A stretch of 64,000 nt of DNA from an uncultured virus (IMG/VR IMGVR_UViG_2838114448_000008) (taxonomy: Duplodnaviria > Heunggongvirae > Uroviricota > Caudoviricetes): IMG/VR virus record IMGVR_UViG_2838114448_000008; one strand, given 5' to 3'. Shown piece after piece: positions 9,880-18,724 of the stretch. Made by a program: the position numbers and the translations under genes. A model generated the notes under the pieces. That model made no database searches, was not told where the DNA came from, and saw only the letters and a program-made list of their open reading frames with translations. Each line of letters starts with the position of its first letter. Position 1 is the stretch's first letter.

Positions 9880-9939
9880 TGGGGCTCTCCCATCAAGGGC
9901 GCCGGGGCCGCAACGTGCCGTGGCGCGGGTGATGGAGTG

Positions 9940-9993
9940 AGCTTCTGCGCATTTATGCGCACCGTCAAGCGCAAAAATGCGCACGCATGCGCA
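9940..9993 (-). promoter_or_regulatory. PL/OL: leftward promoter TTGACG-N17-GAAGCT with TGCGCA-N4-TGCGCA operators (9946-9961, 9968-9983, 9978-9993)
   Basis: Reverse complement shares TGCGCTTGACGGTGCGCA with PR at 11519-11536. Confidence 0.75.
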
Positions 9994-10035
9994 CGGACGA
10001 AGCATGCGCACGGACGAAGCATGCGCACGGACGAA
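9985..10035. repeat. Perfect tandem repeat 3 x GCATGCGCACGGACGAA (17 bp)
   Basis: Read directly: units at 9985, 10002, 10019. Confidence 0.95.
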
Positions 10036-10072
10036 GGAGAAACTAGCGCCCCGGGGCAGACCGAGGCCTTCG

Positions 10073-10101
10073 TTGACGGCGGTAAGGATGATCCTTACCT
10101 T
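10073..10101 (+). promoter_or_regulatory. TA promoter TTGACG-N17-TACCTT overlapped by the palindrome GGTAAGGAT-G-ATCCTTACC (10081-10099)
   Basis: Perfect 9-bp inverted repeat between -35 and -10, upstream of the antitoxin. Confidence 0.75.
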
Positions 10102-10125
10102 TGGGCGGACAGAAGGAGCTTTGCG

Positions 10126-10341
10126 ATGATCACCAGCAAGCTGACCAGCAAGGCGCAGACGACCATTCCCCAGCCCGTGCGGGAGGCGTTGCGCCTGCGC
10201 CCGGGTGACGAGGTCGTCTATGAGATTGAAGCGACGGGGCGCGTCGTAATCCAGCGCGCGCAACCACGCGACGACGATCCGTTTGCGACCTTCACCGAAT
10301 GGAATGGTGATGAAGACCGGAGGGCCTATGCCGGCCTTTGA
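10126..10341 (+). CDS. AbrB/MazE (PrlF-like) antitoxin
   Basis: SKLTSKAQTTIPQPVREALRLRPGDEVVYEI; AAGGAG RBS. Confidence 0.88.
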   Translation: MITSKLTSKAQTTIPQPVREALRLRPGDEVVYEIEATGRVVIQRAQPRDDDPFATFTEWNGDEDRRAYAGL

Positions 10342-10669
10342 ACCCTGGGACGTTGTGAAGGTGCCCTATCCGTACACCAATCGGCCCGCCACGGAACATC
10401 GCCCGGCCCTGGTGGTGGCGCGTATCGCTGAGGGACCGGGGTTGTTGTGGGTTCTGATGATCACCAGCGCCGCAAATCGCGCCTGGCCGTGTGACGTGCC
10501 CATCAGCGATCTGGGGGCAGCCGGGTTGCCGGTGCCATCGGTGGTGCGCACCGCCAAAATCGCGACCATCGACACCGCACTGGCGACACGACTTGGCGCG
10601 CTGCCCCTCGCGGATCGTCAAACTGTCGGGGATATGCTCACGGGACGGCTGCCCGTCACGGACAGGTGA
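10328..10669 (+). CDS. PemK/MazF-family toxin
   Basis: DVVKVPYPYT...RPALVV...MITS...GLPVPSVVRTAKIAT; overlaps the antitoxin stop. Confidence 0.88.
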   Translation: MPAFEPWDVVKVPYPYTNRPATEHRPALVVARIAEGPGLLWVLMITSAANRAWPCDVPISDLGAAGLPVPSVVRTAKIATIDTALATRLGALPLADRQTVGDMLTGRLPVTDR

Positions 10670-10750
10670 GAAGACCGCTGCGAATGGCCTCCTCCAACAG
10701 ATCTTCGCGCGTAAACGAGACAGCACCGGGCATGAATTCGGCCGGCAGCC

Positions 10751-11473
10751 CTATTGCGGCCTATGCCGCCATCGATACTCGCCCACAACGATCCCGATAA
10801 CTTCGATATCGCCATTTCCGGCTTGGGGCTGCTCGTGGTCCCAGCCTTCACATCGGATAGGGGCCTGATGGGCGGGGTTTGAGCTCCGGGGGACCAGCCA
10901 GAATGCACCGTCAGGTGCCCGCTGCAGCTCCTTCACTGTGTATTCGCACTCTGCGCTATCTCGACTGCGGCGTTGAACAATTACGTGCTCGCCATGGCGG
11001 ATATCGTCCCAAAACTCCATACGCCCCACACAGATTAGAACCGTGCCGGGCGGATAAACCAAATCCATAGAATCGCCGACAACCCGTAAGCCAAAATATT
11101 GAACGTCGGGTCCGCCGGGATGCGATATAGAGACAAACTCACGCTCTTCTAACGGAATTTCAAACTCCATCTTCCAAACCCCCGCCTGTACTTCGCCGAT
11201 CACAGGTATCTCGAGCGAAGGCATCAGAAGCGGGGTCGCATTTCTTTCGCGGGACATGTCATCAAAATCCGAGTACGACAGCCCCGAAAGTCGCTCCAAC
11301 GCAGCAATTACAGGCGCGCTTAAGCAGTTGCTGGCGGTGGGTTTGATGAAGCGGTTAAGCGTGGACGGCGCACGCCCGATCCTTCGGGCCATGTTGGTGG
11401 TATCCAACCCCGTCGCCTCTTGGGCGGCCTTTACAAAAGCAATCTGTCTTCGACGAATTTTCCCGGTTTCCAT
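10751..11473 (-). CDS. cI: CI-like repressor (HTH plus S24 autopeptidase)
   Basis: N-terminal HTH, GEVQAG cleavage site, VVGDSM serine, YTVKEL lysine; divergent from cro. Confidence 0.88.
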   Translation of the reverse strand: METGKIRRRQIAFVKAAQEATGLDTTNMARRIGRAPSTLNRFIKPTASNCLSAPVIAALERLSGLSYSDFDDMSRERNATPLLMPSLEIPVIGEVQAGVWKMEFEIPLEEREFVSISHPGGPDVQYFGLRVVGDSMDLVYPPGTVLICVGRMEFWDDIRHGEHVIVQRRSRDSAECEYTVKELQRAPDGAFWLVPRSSNPAHQAPIRCEGWDHEQPQAGNGDIEVIGIVVGEYRWRHRPQ

Positions 11474-11483
11474 GTAGCCATGA

Positions 11484-11552
11484 TGCGCGGTTTTGCGCAT
11501 TTCGTCCGTAGGCAATAATGCGCTTGACGGTGCGCAAAGATGCGCATACCGT
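11484..11552 (+). promoter_or_regulatory. OR/PR: three operators (11484-11499, 11509-11524, 11531-11546) and PR TTGACG-N17-TACCGT
   Basis: TGCGCA-AAGA-TGCGCA fills the 17-bp spacer; two degenerate copies lie toward cI. Confidence 0.8.
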
Positions 11553-11561
11553 GATCGGGCC

Positions 11562-11798
11562 ATGAGACATTCTGTCGTCGAAACCATCGTCGCCATAGAG
11601 CAGCGCCTCCGGGCAGCGGGAGTGCCGGTGGGAGAGTTTTGCCGTCAAGTCGGTGTCGATAGAGCCACTTGGCAGCGATGGAAGGCCGAGCAAACGAGTC
11701 CGCGTGTCGCGACCTGGAACGGTGTTCTGGACGCTGCGGACCGGATCGAACGGCCGCAAGAGGGTTGCGACCCCACCCCCAACGACGAGGCCGCGTGA
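11562..11798 (+). CDS. cro: Cro-like HTH protein
   Basis: VGEFCRQVGVDRATWQRWK HTH; small gene divergent from cI, just after PR. Confidence 0.8.
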   Translation: MRHSVVETIVAIEQRLRAAGVPVGEFCRQVGVDRATWQRWKAEQTSPRVATWNGVLDAADRIERPQEGCDPTPNDEAA

Positions 11799-11932
11799 TG
11801 CCCGACCTTCTCGCCGCCCTCCTCCCCACCGTCGCCTGGATCGCAAAGCTTCTCCTGATCTGGCTCGTGGCCGGGTTGCTGGTCGGCCACGTCATCGGCC
11901 GCGTCATCCGGTTCGGGTCGGGCCGGGGCTGA
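11798..11932 (+). CDS. Small hydrophobic peptide
   Basis: TGATG-coupled to cro; 44 aa with one TM segment. Confidence 0.35.
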   Translation: MPDLLAALLPTVAWIAKLLLIWLVAGLLVGHVIGRVIRFGSGRG

Positions 11933-11988
11933 CGTCGCCACCGTCGCACGGACGCCACCAGCCAGATACGTCAATTGGAACGCCGAAA

Positions 11989-12570
11989 ATGACCAAACGC
12001 AGAGCCCCCCTCAGCATCGAGGCGGCCGTTCAGACGATCTACGAAGCCATCGGCGTGGCCCATGCGGCTGAAGTGCTGGGCATGACGGAGCGGCGCGCTT
12101 GGGACTTCACGCTGTCCCAGGACGACGGAGGGCGCCCCATCCATGCCCGGGCCGCCCTGGCTCTGGACGTCGAGTATGTGGCCCTGACCGGAAAACCAGC
12201 CCCGATCTTGGCCGCGTGGACCGCACGGGTGGAGCGCGTGAGCCGTGACCGGCCGTGTGCCTGCGATCCGGGCGAGCGCGTCATCGTCCTGACGGCGGTC
12301 TTGGGGCAAGCGGCCGCGATGGTCGCGGAGGCTCAGGACCCCAACGGGCCGGGTGGGGCCGCCGTCGTCGCCTCCGAACTGCGGACGCTGAAAGAGGCGT
12401 TCGTGCGGATCCGGGCCGAACTGGATCAGGCCATCGACCAGATCGACGTGGCGCTGCTTGGCAACCGGATCGACGACGCCGCGTGGCGGGCGGTCGGCGG
12501 CGGGCGGCCGGCGGAACGCCCCGTGAGCCACGCCACCCGAACCACGAACCCGGTCAGCACCGAACGCTGA
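11989..12570 (+). CDS. CII-like phage regulatory protein
   Basis: Position after cro; HTH-like VAHAAEVLGMTERRAW followed by a helical C-terminus. Confidence 0.55.
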   Translation: MTKRRAPLSIEAAVQTIYEAIGVAHAAEVLGMTERRAWDFTLSQDDGGRPIHARAALALDVEYVALTGKPAPILAAWTARVERVSRDRPCACDPGERVIVLTAVLGQAAAMVAEAQDPNGPGGAAVVASELRTLKEAFVRIRAELDQAIDQIDVALLGNRIDDAAWRAVGGGRPAERPVSHATRTTNPVSTER

Positions 12571-12684
12571 CCGCCGAGACGCGCCTGGGGTTCCCGTCCG
12601 CCCCTCTCGCTCCAGGCGCCGCGCAGCCCGGCTGCCCCGTGTCCCGGCCGGGCTGCGCATCCCCCGCACGATAGGAGACCCGCC

Positions 12685-13644
12685 GTGCCCCAACACCGCA
12701 TCACCGGAATCAAGCTCAAGGATGGCCTGCCGCGAATTTCGTGGGTCAACGACACCGCTCCGTCCGGCCCGGAGACCGTCACGCTCAAGGGCGAGATGGA
12801 ATGCCTGCCGAGCCTTCAGGACGCCTGGGATGCCCTGGGCGACGTGATCGGCCGCCTCACCGGGATCGAGGACCCGGTTGTGCCCACGGGCTGCAAGCCT
12901 TCGATCGACCCCGACACGGATCTACTGAGCGTGAAGCTCAACGGGGCCATCGGCTGCGACTACGCCAACAGCCCGACCAACATCAGCGTTCCGTCGATCA
13001 AGCAGTGCAAGGACGACGCGGCGGGAACGCATATGCCCGACTGGGTGTACGAGCCGGTGTGCACCCTGATGGCCGAGGCCGAGCGCTACATCAACGGCGA
13101 GTGCGCCCAGGGCAGTTTGCCCCTCGGCGATGGCGCCCAGGATGGCGAAGCGGTCGGCACGATCGAGAGCGAGCCCGCCCCCTTGTTCGGGGATGGCGAC
13201 GGCGAGGACCCGGAGGATGGCGACGGGGAGCCGGAACCCCGGACCGCCGAAGGTGAGGATTCCGAGGCTCCGGCCGAAACCGACCCGGTGGAACACCACG
13301 AGCACGAAGGCGAATGCCGCGTCGATCCCGAGGATCCGTCGCTCGAGAACGGTGGGCGCGCCTTCAACGCCGGGATGGACGCCGGGCGCAGCGGCGAGGC
13401 CGATGAAGTTCCTCCTGAGCAATTCCGCACCGGAGCGGTCTACGACCTGTGGCTCAAGGGCTACGAGGCCGGTCAGGCCGAGCGCGCGGACGTCGAAGGC
13501 CCGTCGGACGACGACGCCCCAACCGAGGCCGAGGATACCGACCCCGACGATACCGATGACGACATGGTCGAGGTGCCGGCGGCAGCGGCCTCGCGCGCTC
13601 CCAAAGGTCGCGGTCGCGGCGCCCACCTGCACGCGGTGGGGTGA
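12685..13644 (+). CDS. Hypothetical protein with long acidic C-terminus
   Basis: AGGAG RBS, GTG start, 319 aa. Confidence 0.6.
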   Translation: MPQHRITGIKLKDGLPRISWVNDTAPSGPETVTLKGEMECLPSLQDAWDALGDVIGRLTGIEDPVVPTGCKPSIDPDTDLLSVKLNGAIGCDYANSPTNISVPSIKQCKDDAAGTHMPDWVYEPVCTLMAEAERYINGECAQGSLPLGDGAQDGEAVGTIESEPAPLFGDGDGEDPEDGDGEPEPRTAEGEDSEAPAETDPVEHHEHEGECRVDPEDPSLENGGRAFNAGMDAGRSGEADEVPPEQFRTGAVYDLWLKGYEAGQAERADVEGPSDDDAPTEAEDTDPDDTDDDMVEVPAAAASRAPKGRGRGAHLHAVG

Positions 13645-13919
13645 GCACCATGACCGCGCTCGACACCCTCGCCCTTCGCCCGGCCCAGGTGGATTGCCTG
13701 CGGGCCTGCTCGCGTGCCGGCAGCCTGCGCCGCCTGTCCACGGGTGATTGGGCCGGCAACCGTCGTGAGCGCGCGTTCTCCGGCCTGACGGTTGGCGACC
13801 TGCGCGACCTCGGCCTGCTGGAGCGGCATCCGCCCCAGGACGGCTATCCGGCCACCTATCGCCTGACCCGGAAAGGGCATGAGGCGTTGGCCGCGCTGGC
13901 GGCCCAGGCGGAGGGGTGA
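13641..13919 (+). CDS. Winged-helix-like small protein
   Basis: LRDLGLLE...YRLTRKGHEAL. Confidence 0.5.
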   Translation: MSTMTALDTLALRPAQVDCLRACSRAGSLRRLSTGDWAGNRRERAFSGLTVGDLRDLGLLERHPPQDGYPATYRLTRKGHEALAALAAQAEG

Positions 13920-13922
13920 ACT

Positions 13923-14585
13923 GTGACTCAGAACACATCCCACGCCGTCATGGCGCAGCGCGCCGAGGCGCACGACAGCCTGGATTTCTTCCCGACGCCG
14001 CCCTGGGCGACGCGGGCGCTGTGTGAGTTTCTTGGTCCGCGCCCCAATGGCACGGTCTGGGAGCCCGCATGCGGCGCCGGGCATATGGCCCGCCCCCTCG
14101 CCGAGTATTGGGGCCGCGTCGTCGCGACCGACGTGGCGGCGGATCAGATCGGATACGGCCAGCGCCTCGACTTCCTCCTGGAGCCCCGCCCGGCCGAGAT
14201 GCCCACCGGGAAGCTGGACGCCATCATCACGAACCCGCCGTTTCGGTTGGCCGCTGCGTTCGTGCGGCATGCGCTTCCGCAAGCTGCTGTCGTCGCCATG
14301 CTGGTTCGCACGGCGTTCCTGGAAGGCGGCGAGCGGTGGCGCGACCTGTTTGACCCGTACCCACCCGCGACGATCGCCCAATTTGCCGAGCGCGTGCCGA
14401 TGCACAAGGGCCGCTGCCTGCGCGCGGCGTCCACGGCCACGGCCTACTGCTGGATCGTGTGGCGCCATGACCCTCATCGGATCGGTGGCACGGACTTCCG
14501 TTGGATCCCGCCCGGCACCCGCAAGCGCCTGGAACGGCCCGGCGACTATGACGACGACGCGCGCGTCGAGGCGGGTGCGGCATGA
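13923..14585 (+). CDS. Amino (N6A/N4C) DNA methyltransferase
   Basis: DFFPTPPW, WEPACGAG (SAM binding), IITNPPF (motif IV). Confidence 0.85.
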   Translation: MTQNTSHAVMAQRAEAHDSLDFFPTPPWATRALCEFLGPRPNGTVWEPACGAGHMARPLAEYWGRVVATDVAADQIGYGQRLDFLLEPRPAEMPTGKLDAIITNPPFRLAAAFVRHALPQAAVVAMLVRTAFLEGGERWRDLFDPYPPATIAQFAERVPMHKGRCLRAASTATAYCWIVWRHDPHRIGGTDFRWIPPGTRKRLERPGDYDDDARVEAGAA

Positions 14586-15166
14586 CGGTCCTCCTCGCCC
14601 TCGACATCGCCACGCACTGCGGGTTTGCGCGCGGCTCCATTGCCGGGCACCGCGCGACCACGCCCATTGAGGCGGCGTCGGGCGTACGCGCGGCCCAGCC
14701 CGAGGGCGGCACGCGGGCGTTTCGGGGGCCGCTGGGCGAGGCGATGGCCCGGTTTGCGGACTGGCTGTGGCGCACCACCGAGGGCGTGGACCTGCTGGCC
14801 TATGAGTGCCCGATCCTGCCCCGGACCACGACCATCGACACCATCCGGCGGCTCGACGGCCTGGCCGGGATCGCGGCCATGGTGGCGCACAAGCGCGGGC
14901 TCCCGGAGCCCCTGACGCCGCAGCCCGCAGAGATCAAACGGCATTGGGCCGGGTCAGGCCGGGCTGAAAAGACAGACATGGTCAAAGCCTGTCGGGATCG
15001 CGGCTGGACCTGCGTGGACGACAACCACGCCGATGCGCTGGCGCTGTGGGATTTCACGGTGGCGCAGATCGCCGCGGGGCTGTGGCGGCCGAAGTCGATT
15101 TTTCGGCCGGCGACCGTCGGGGCAAAAATCGACGCGCCGCGCGTGCGGCGGAAGGGGGCGGCGTGA
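14582..15166 (+). CDS. RuvC-like Holliday junction resolvase
   Basis: LLALDIATHCG, AYE, G.GRAEK.DM, DDNHADALA. Confidence 0.75.
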   Translation: MTVLLALDIATHCGFARGSIAGHRATTPIEAASGVRAAQPEGGTRAFRGPLGEAMARFADWLWRTTEGVDLLAYECPILPRTTTIDTIRRLDGLAGIAAMVAHKRGLPEPLTPQPAEIKRHWAGSGRAEKTDMVKACRDRGWTCVDDNHADALALWDFTVAQIAAGLWRPKSIFRPATVGAKIDAPRVRRKGAA

Positions 15167-16998
15167 CGCACCTGTTCCCACCGCCGCCCCAGCCGACCGA
15201 AATCATGGTGGATAGCTTCGCCGGGGGCGGCGGGGCCTCGACCGGCATCGAGATGGCGTTGGGCCGCTCGCCCGACGTGGCGATCAACCACGATCCGGTC
15301 GCCATCGCCATGCACACGGCGAATCATCCCGACACCCGGCATTTCTGCCAATCGATTTACACCGTCAGCCCCGCCGAGGCGACGCGGGGCCGGCCGGTCG
15401 GCCTGCTGTGGGCCAGCCCCGACTGCCGCCACTTCTCGAAAGCCAAGGGCGGCAAGCCGGTGTCGTCCGGCGTGCGGGACCTTGCGTGGGTGGTGGTGGA
15501 ATGGGCGCGACGGGCGCGCCCGCGCGTCATCATCCTGGAGAACGTAGAAGAGTTCCAGACCTGGGGGCCCATCGACCGCGCCGGCAAGCCGTGTCCCGAG
15601 CGAAAAGGCCAGACCTTCACCCTCTGGGTGGCGCAGTTGCGGCGCCTGGGCTATCGGGTCGAATGGCGCGAGTTGCGGGCCTGCGATTACGGCGCGCCGA
15701 CCAGCCGCAAGCGGCTGTTCGTCATCGCCCGCCGGGACGGCCAGCCCATCGTCTGGCCGGAGCCGACGCATGGCGCCCCGGACAGCCCGGAGGTGCGGGC
15801 TGGTGCCCGCAAGCCCTGGCGCACGGCGGCGGAGATCATTGATTGGTCGCTGCCGGTGCACTCCATCTTCCTGTCCCCGGAGGAGGCCCGCGCCGTCGGC
15901 GTGAAGCGCCCCCTGGCCGAGGCCACCTTGCGCCGCGTCGCGCGGGGGATCGTGCGCTACGTGCTCGATCATCCCCGGCCCTTCGTCATCCCGGTCACGC
16001 ATGGCGGGGACGCCCGGTGTTGGGATTCGCGGGAACCGTTGCGCACCATCACGACCGCCAAGCGCGGCGAGATGATGGTGGTGGCGCCGTCGCTGGTCCG
16101 GACCGACATGCAATCCGGCGCCAAACGAAACGGGGTCCACGATCCGGGCTCCCCGCTCCGCACCATCACAACGGGCGGGGGGATGGCGATGGTCGCGCCG
16201 ACCCTCGTGCAAACCGGCTATGGGGAGCGACCCGGGCAGGCGCCGCGCGTGCCTGGGCTCGACAAGCCGCTGGGAACGGCGGTGGCGAGTGGTGCCAAGC
16301 ACGCCCTCGTGTCCGCCTTCCTGGCGCGGCACTACGGCGACCAGGGGCAGCGCCCGGGCACCCCGCTCGACGAGCCCACCAGCACCGTGACGGCGGTCGA
16401 TCACAATTCGCTGGTGACGGCGCATATCCAACGGCAGTTCGGCCAGTCGGTGGGCAGCGCAACCGACGCGCCCTTGGGCACCGTCACCGGCGGAGGCGGC
16501 GGCAAGGCGGCGGTGTGCGCCGCCCACCTGACCCAGTTCCGGGGCAGCAACCAAGGCAACGGCGGCGACATCACCGCGCCGGCCCCGACCGTCACCGGCC
16601 AGGGCACCCATGTCGGCCTGATCGCGCCGTTCCTGACCCGCTACTACGGCGAGGGCGGGCAATGGGCCGCCGTGGACGATCCGCTGTGCACGGTCACGAC
16701 CAAGGACCGCATGTCACTGGTCACGGTGCACCTGGACGGCGTGCCCTACGTCGTCACGGACATTGCGCTGCGGATGCTGAGCCCGCGCGAACTGTTCCGC
16801 GCCCAGGGGTTTCCGGACGACTACCGGATCGACATCGAGATCGACGGCCGGCCGGTCAGCAAGGCACAGCAGGTGCGCTGCGCGGGTAACAGCGTGTGCC
16901 CGCCGCTCGCCGCCGCGCTGGTGACCGCCAACGTGCCCGAGATGGCCGCCGCCCCGCTGCCGGATGCGTGTTCGACTGAGGAGGTGGCCGCGTCATGA
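15163..16998 (+). CDS. C5 cytosine DNA methyltransferase with repeated PL.T.T segments
   Basis: DSFAGGGG, WASPDC, LENV, R.RLF, AGNSV motifs. Confidence 0.92.
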   Translation: MTHLFPPPPQPTEIMVDSFAGGGGASTGIEMALGRSPDVAINHDPVAIAMHTANHPDTRHFCQSIYTVSPAEATRGRPVGLLWASPDCRHFSKAKGGKPVSSGVRDLAWVVVEWARRARPRVIILENVEEFQTWGPIDRAGKPCPERKGQTFTLWVAQLRRLGYRVEWRELRACDYGAPTSRKRLFVIARRDGQPIVWPEPTHGAPDSPEVRAGARKPWRTAAEIIDWSLPVHSIFLSPEEARAVGVKRPLAEATLRRVARGIVRYVLDHPRPFVIPVTHGGDARCWDSREPLRTITTAKRGEMMVVAPSLVRTDMQSGAKRNGVHDPGSPLRTITTGGGMAMVAPTLVQTGYGERPGQAPRVPGLDKPLGTAVASGAKHALVSAFLARHYGDQGQRPGTPLDEPTSTVTAVDHNSLVTAHIQRQFGQSVGSATDAPLGTVTGGGGGKAAVCAAHLTQFRGSNQGNGGDITAPAPTVTGQGTHVGLIAPFLTRYYGEGGQWAAVDDPLCTVTTKDRMSLVTVHLDGVPYVVTDIALRMLSPRELFRAQGFPDDYRIDIEIDGRPVSKAQQVRCAGNSVCPPLAAALVTANVPEMAAAPLPDACSTEEVAAS

Positions 16999-18452
16999 CC
17001 ACCCTCCGCCCCTACCAAAACACAAGCGTCGCGGCGATTCTGGCCTATCTCCAGCGCGGGGAATCGCCCCTCTACGCCCTGCCCACGGGCGGCGGCAAGA
17101 CGGTGGTCGCCGGGTCGGTGCTCCAGACCGTCGCGGCGCCGGACCATGGCTGGCGCGTTCTCTGGCTGGCGCATCGGCGGGAACTGATCCGGCAGGCGAG
17201 CAAGGCCCTGCGCGTCGCCGGCATCGACCACGGCATCATCGCGCCCGACCACCGGTTTGACGGCACCGACCGCGTGGCTATCGCCAGCGTGGACACCCTG
17301 CCCCGCCGGGTTGACGCCTTGGCGCCCTGGCTTGACGGTGTCCGGCTGGTGGTGGCGGACGAGTGCCATCACGCCGTCAGCCCGAAGTGGCAGCGGGCCA
17401 TGGCCGCCTGCCCGTCCGCTCAGCGCCTCGGCCTGACCGCGACACCGTACCGCCTCGATGGCCAGGGGCTCGGACACATCTTCTCCGCCGCCGTGCGCGG
17501 CCCGAGCATTCGCGCTCTGATCGACGACGGTTATCTGGTCGAGCCCAACGTCTACATGCCCCGGACGGACCTGGATCTGGGCGGGCTCAAGCGGCGGTTT
17601 GGCGATTGGAAGACCGGTGATCTGGTGAACCGGGTCGACCGGCCGGACATCACCCGGGTGGCGTTGCGCTGGTATTCGGCGCGATTGGCTGGAACGCCAA
17701 CCGTCGTTTTCTGTGCCAGCATTGAGCACGCGACGCACGTTGCCGAGGCATTCGGGGCCGCCGGGTGGCGCGCGGCTGTCGTACATGGTGGCACGCCGGA
17801 GGCGGAGCGAGACGCGATCTTCGCCAACTTGGCAACCGGCCGGCTCCAAATCGTCTGCAACGTCGAGATCATCACCGAGGGTGTGGACGTGCCGCGCATC
17901 GGCGGGGTGATCCTGCTGCGGCCCACTCAATCGACGGCCCTGTATCTCCAGATGATCGGCCGGGCCCTGCGCCTGTTGGAGGGCAAGGCATTTACCCCGA
18001 TCATCGACATCGCCCGGTGCAGCGCCATCCACGGCCTACCGGATGAGGACCGCCCGTGGCGCCTCGACACGGGGCTTGCCAACGGACGGCTCCAGCAGCT
18101 CGTCGAGGCCACGCGGGTGTGTCCGAAGTGCGCCCGCGTCCACCGGCGGGTTGATCCGGCCTGTCCGGGCTGTGGATACCGCGTGCCCCAGGTGCCCAAG
18201 CCGGTCGCGACCGCGACCCGTGACGGCGACCGCCCGAGCGGCTTCCCTGGGCTGACCGTGCAGCAGGTCCGCGACATGCCGTATGGCCGTCTCCTGACCC
18301 TGGGCACGGACAAGGCGGCCCTCATCCGCATCGCCAGCATCCGAGGCTACAAGCTCGGCTGGGTGAGCCGCATCCTCGATGAGCGGCGACGCACCTCCGC
18401 CCCCGTTCAACGCGCGACGGGCGCCCGCAGATGGCGGAGGGCAACGGGATGA
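16995..18452 (+). CDS. SF2 DEAD/DEAH helicase with C-terminal Zn finger
   Basis: PTGGGKT, DECHH, TATP, QMIGRALR, CPKC...CPGC. Confidence 0.92.
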   Translation: MTTLRPYQNTSVAAILAYLQRGESPLYALPTGGGKTVVAGSVLQTVAAPDHGWRVLWLAHRRELIRQASKALRVAGIDHGIIAPDHRFDGTDRVAIASVDTLPRRVDALAPWLDGVRLVVADECHHAVSPKWQRAMAACPSAQRLGLTATPYRLDGQGLGHIFSAAVRGPSIRALIDDGYLVEPNVYMPRTDLDLGGLKRRFGDWKTGDLVNRVDRPDITRVALRWYSARLAGTPTVVFCASIEHATHVAEAFGAAGWRAAVVHGGTPEAERDAIFANLATGRLQIVCNVEIITEGVDVPRIGGVILLRPTQSTALYLQMIGRALRLLEGKAFTPIIDIARCSAIHGLPDEDRPWRLDTGLANGRLQQLVEATRVCPKCARVHRRVDPACPGCGYRVPQVPKPVATATRDGDRPSGFPGLTVQQVRDMPYGRLLTLGTDKAALIRIASIRGYKLGWVSRILDERRRTSAPVQRATGARRWRRATG

Positions 18453-18724
18453 GCGACCGGCCGCGCGACTACCTGATCCGCCCCCGCGACGCCCGCGCCG
18501 CGACCTCACGCTGCGCCGACATTCTGCACGCAGTGGCACACGAACGCGGCTGTTCCGTTGCAGCTATAAAGGGGCTGAGACGGACGTCGGCGCTGATCGC
18601 CGCGCGCCGGGAGGTGGTTCGACGCTCGACCCTGGCGGACGTCTCGGCCGCCCGCATTGGCCGGGTGCTCGACCGCGACCACACCACCATCCTGTATCAC
18701 CAGAGCGTGTTGGGGCTGCGATGA
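18449..18724 (+). CDS. DnaA C-terminal-like HTH protein
   Basis: AARR...S...IGRVLDRDHTTILY. Confidence 0.75.
   Translation: MSDRPRDYLIRPRDARAATSRCADILHAVAHERGCSVAAIKGLRRTSALIAARREVVRRSTLADVSAARIGRVLDRDHTTILYHQSVLGLR

Noticed and set aside
9985..10035. Possible CRISPR array
   Set aside because: The 17-bp units are contiguous with no spacers, and no cas genes are present.
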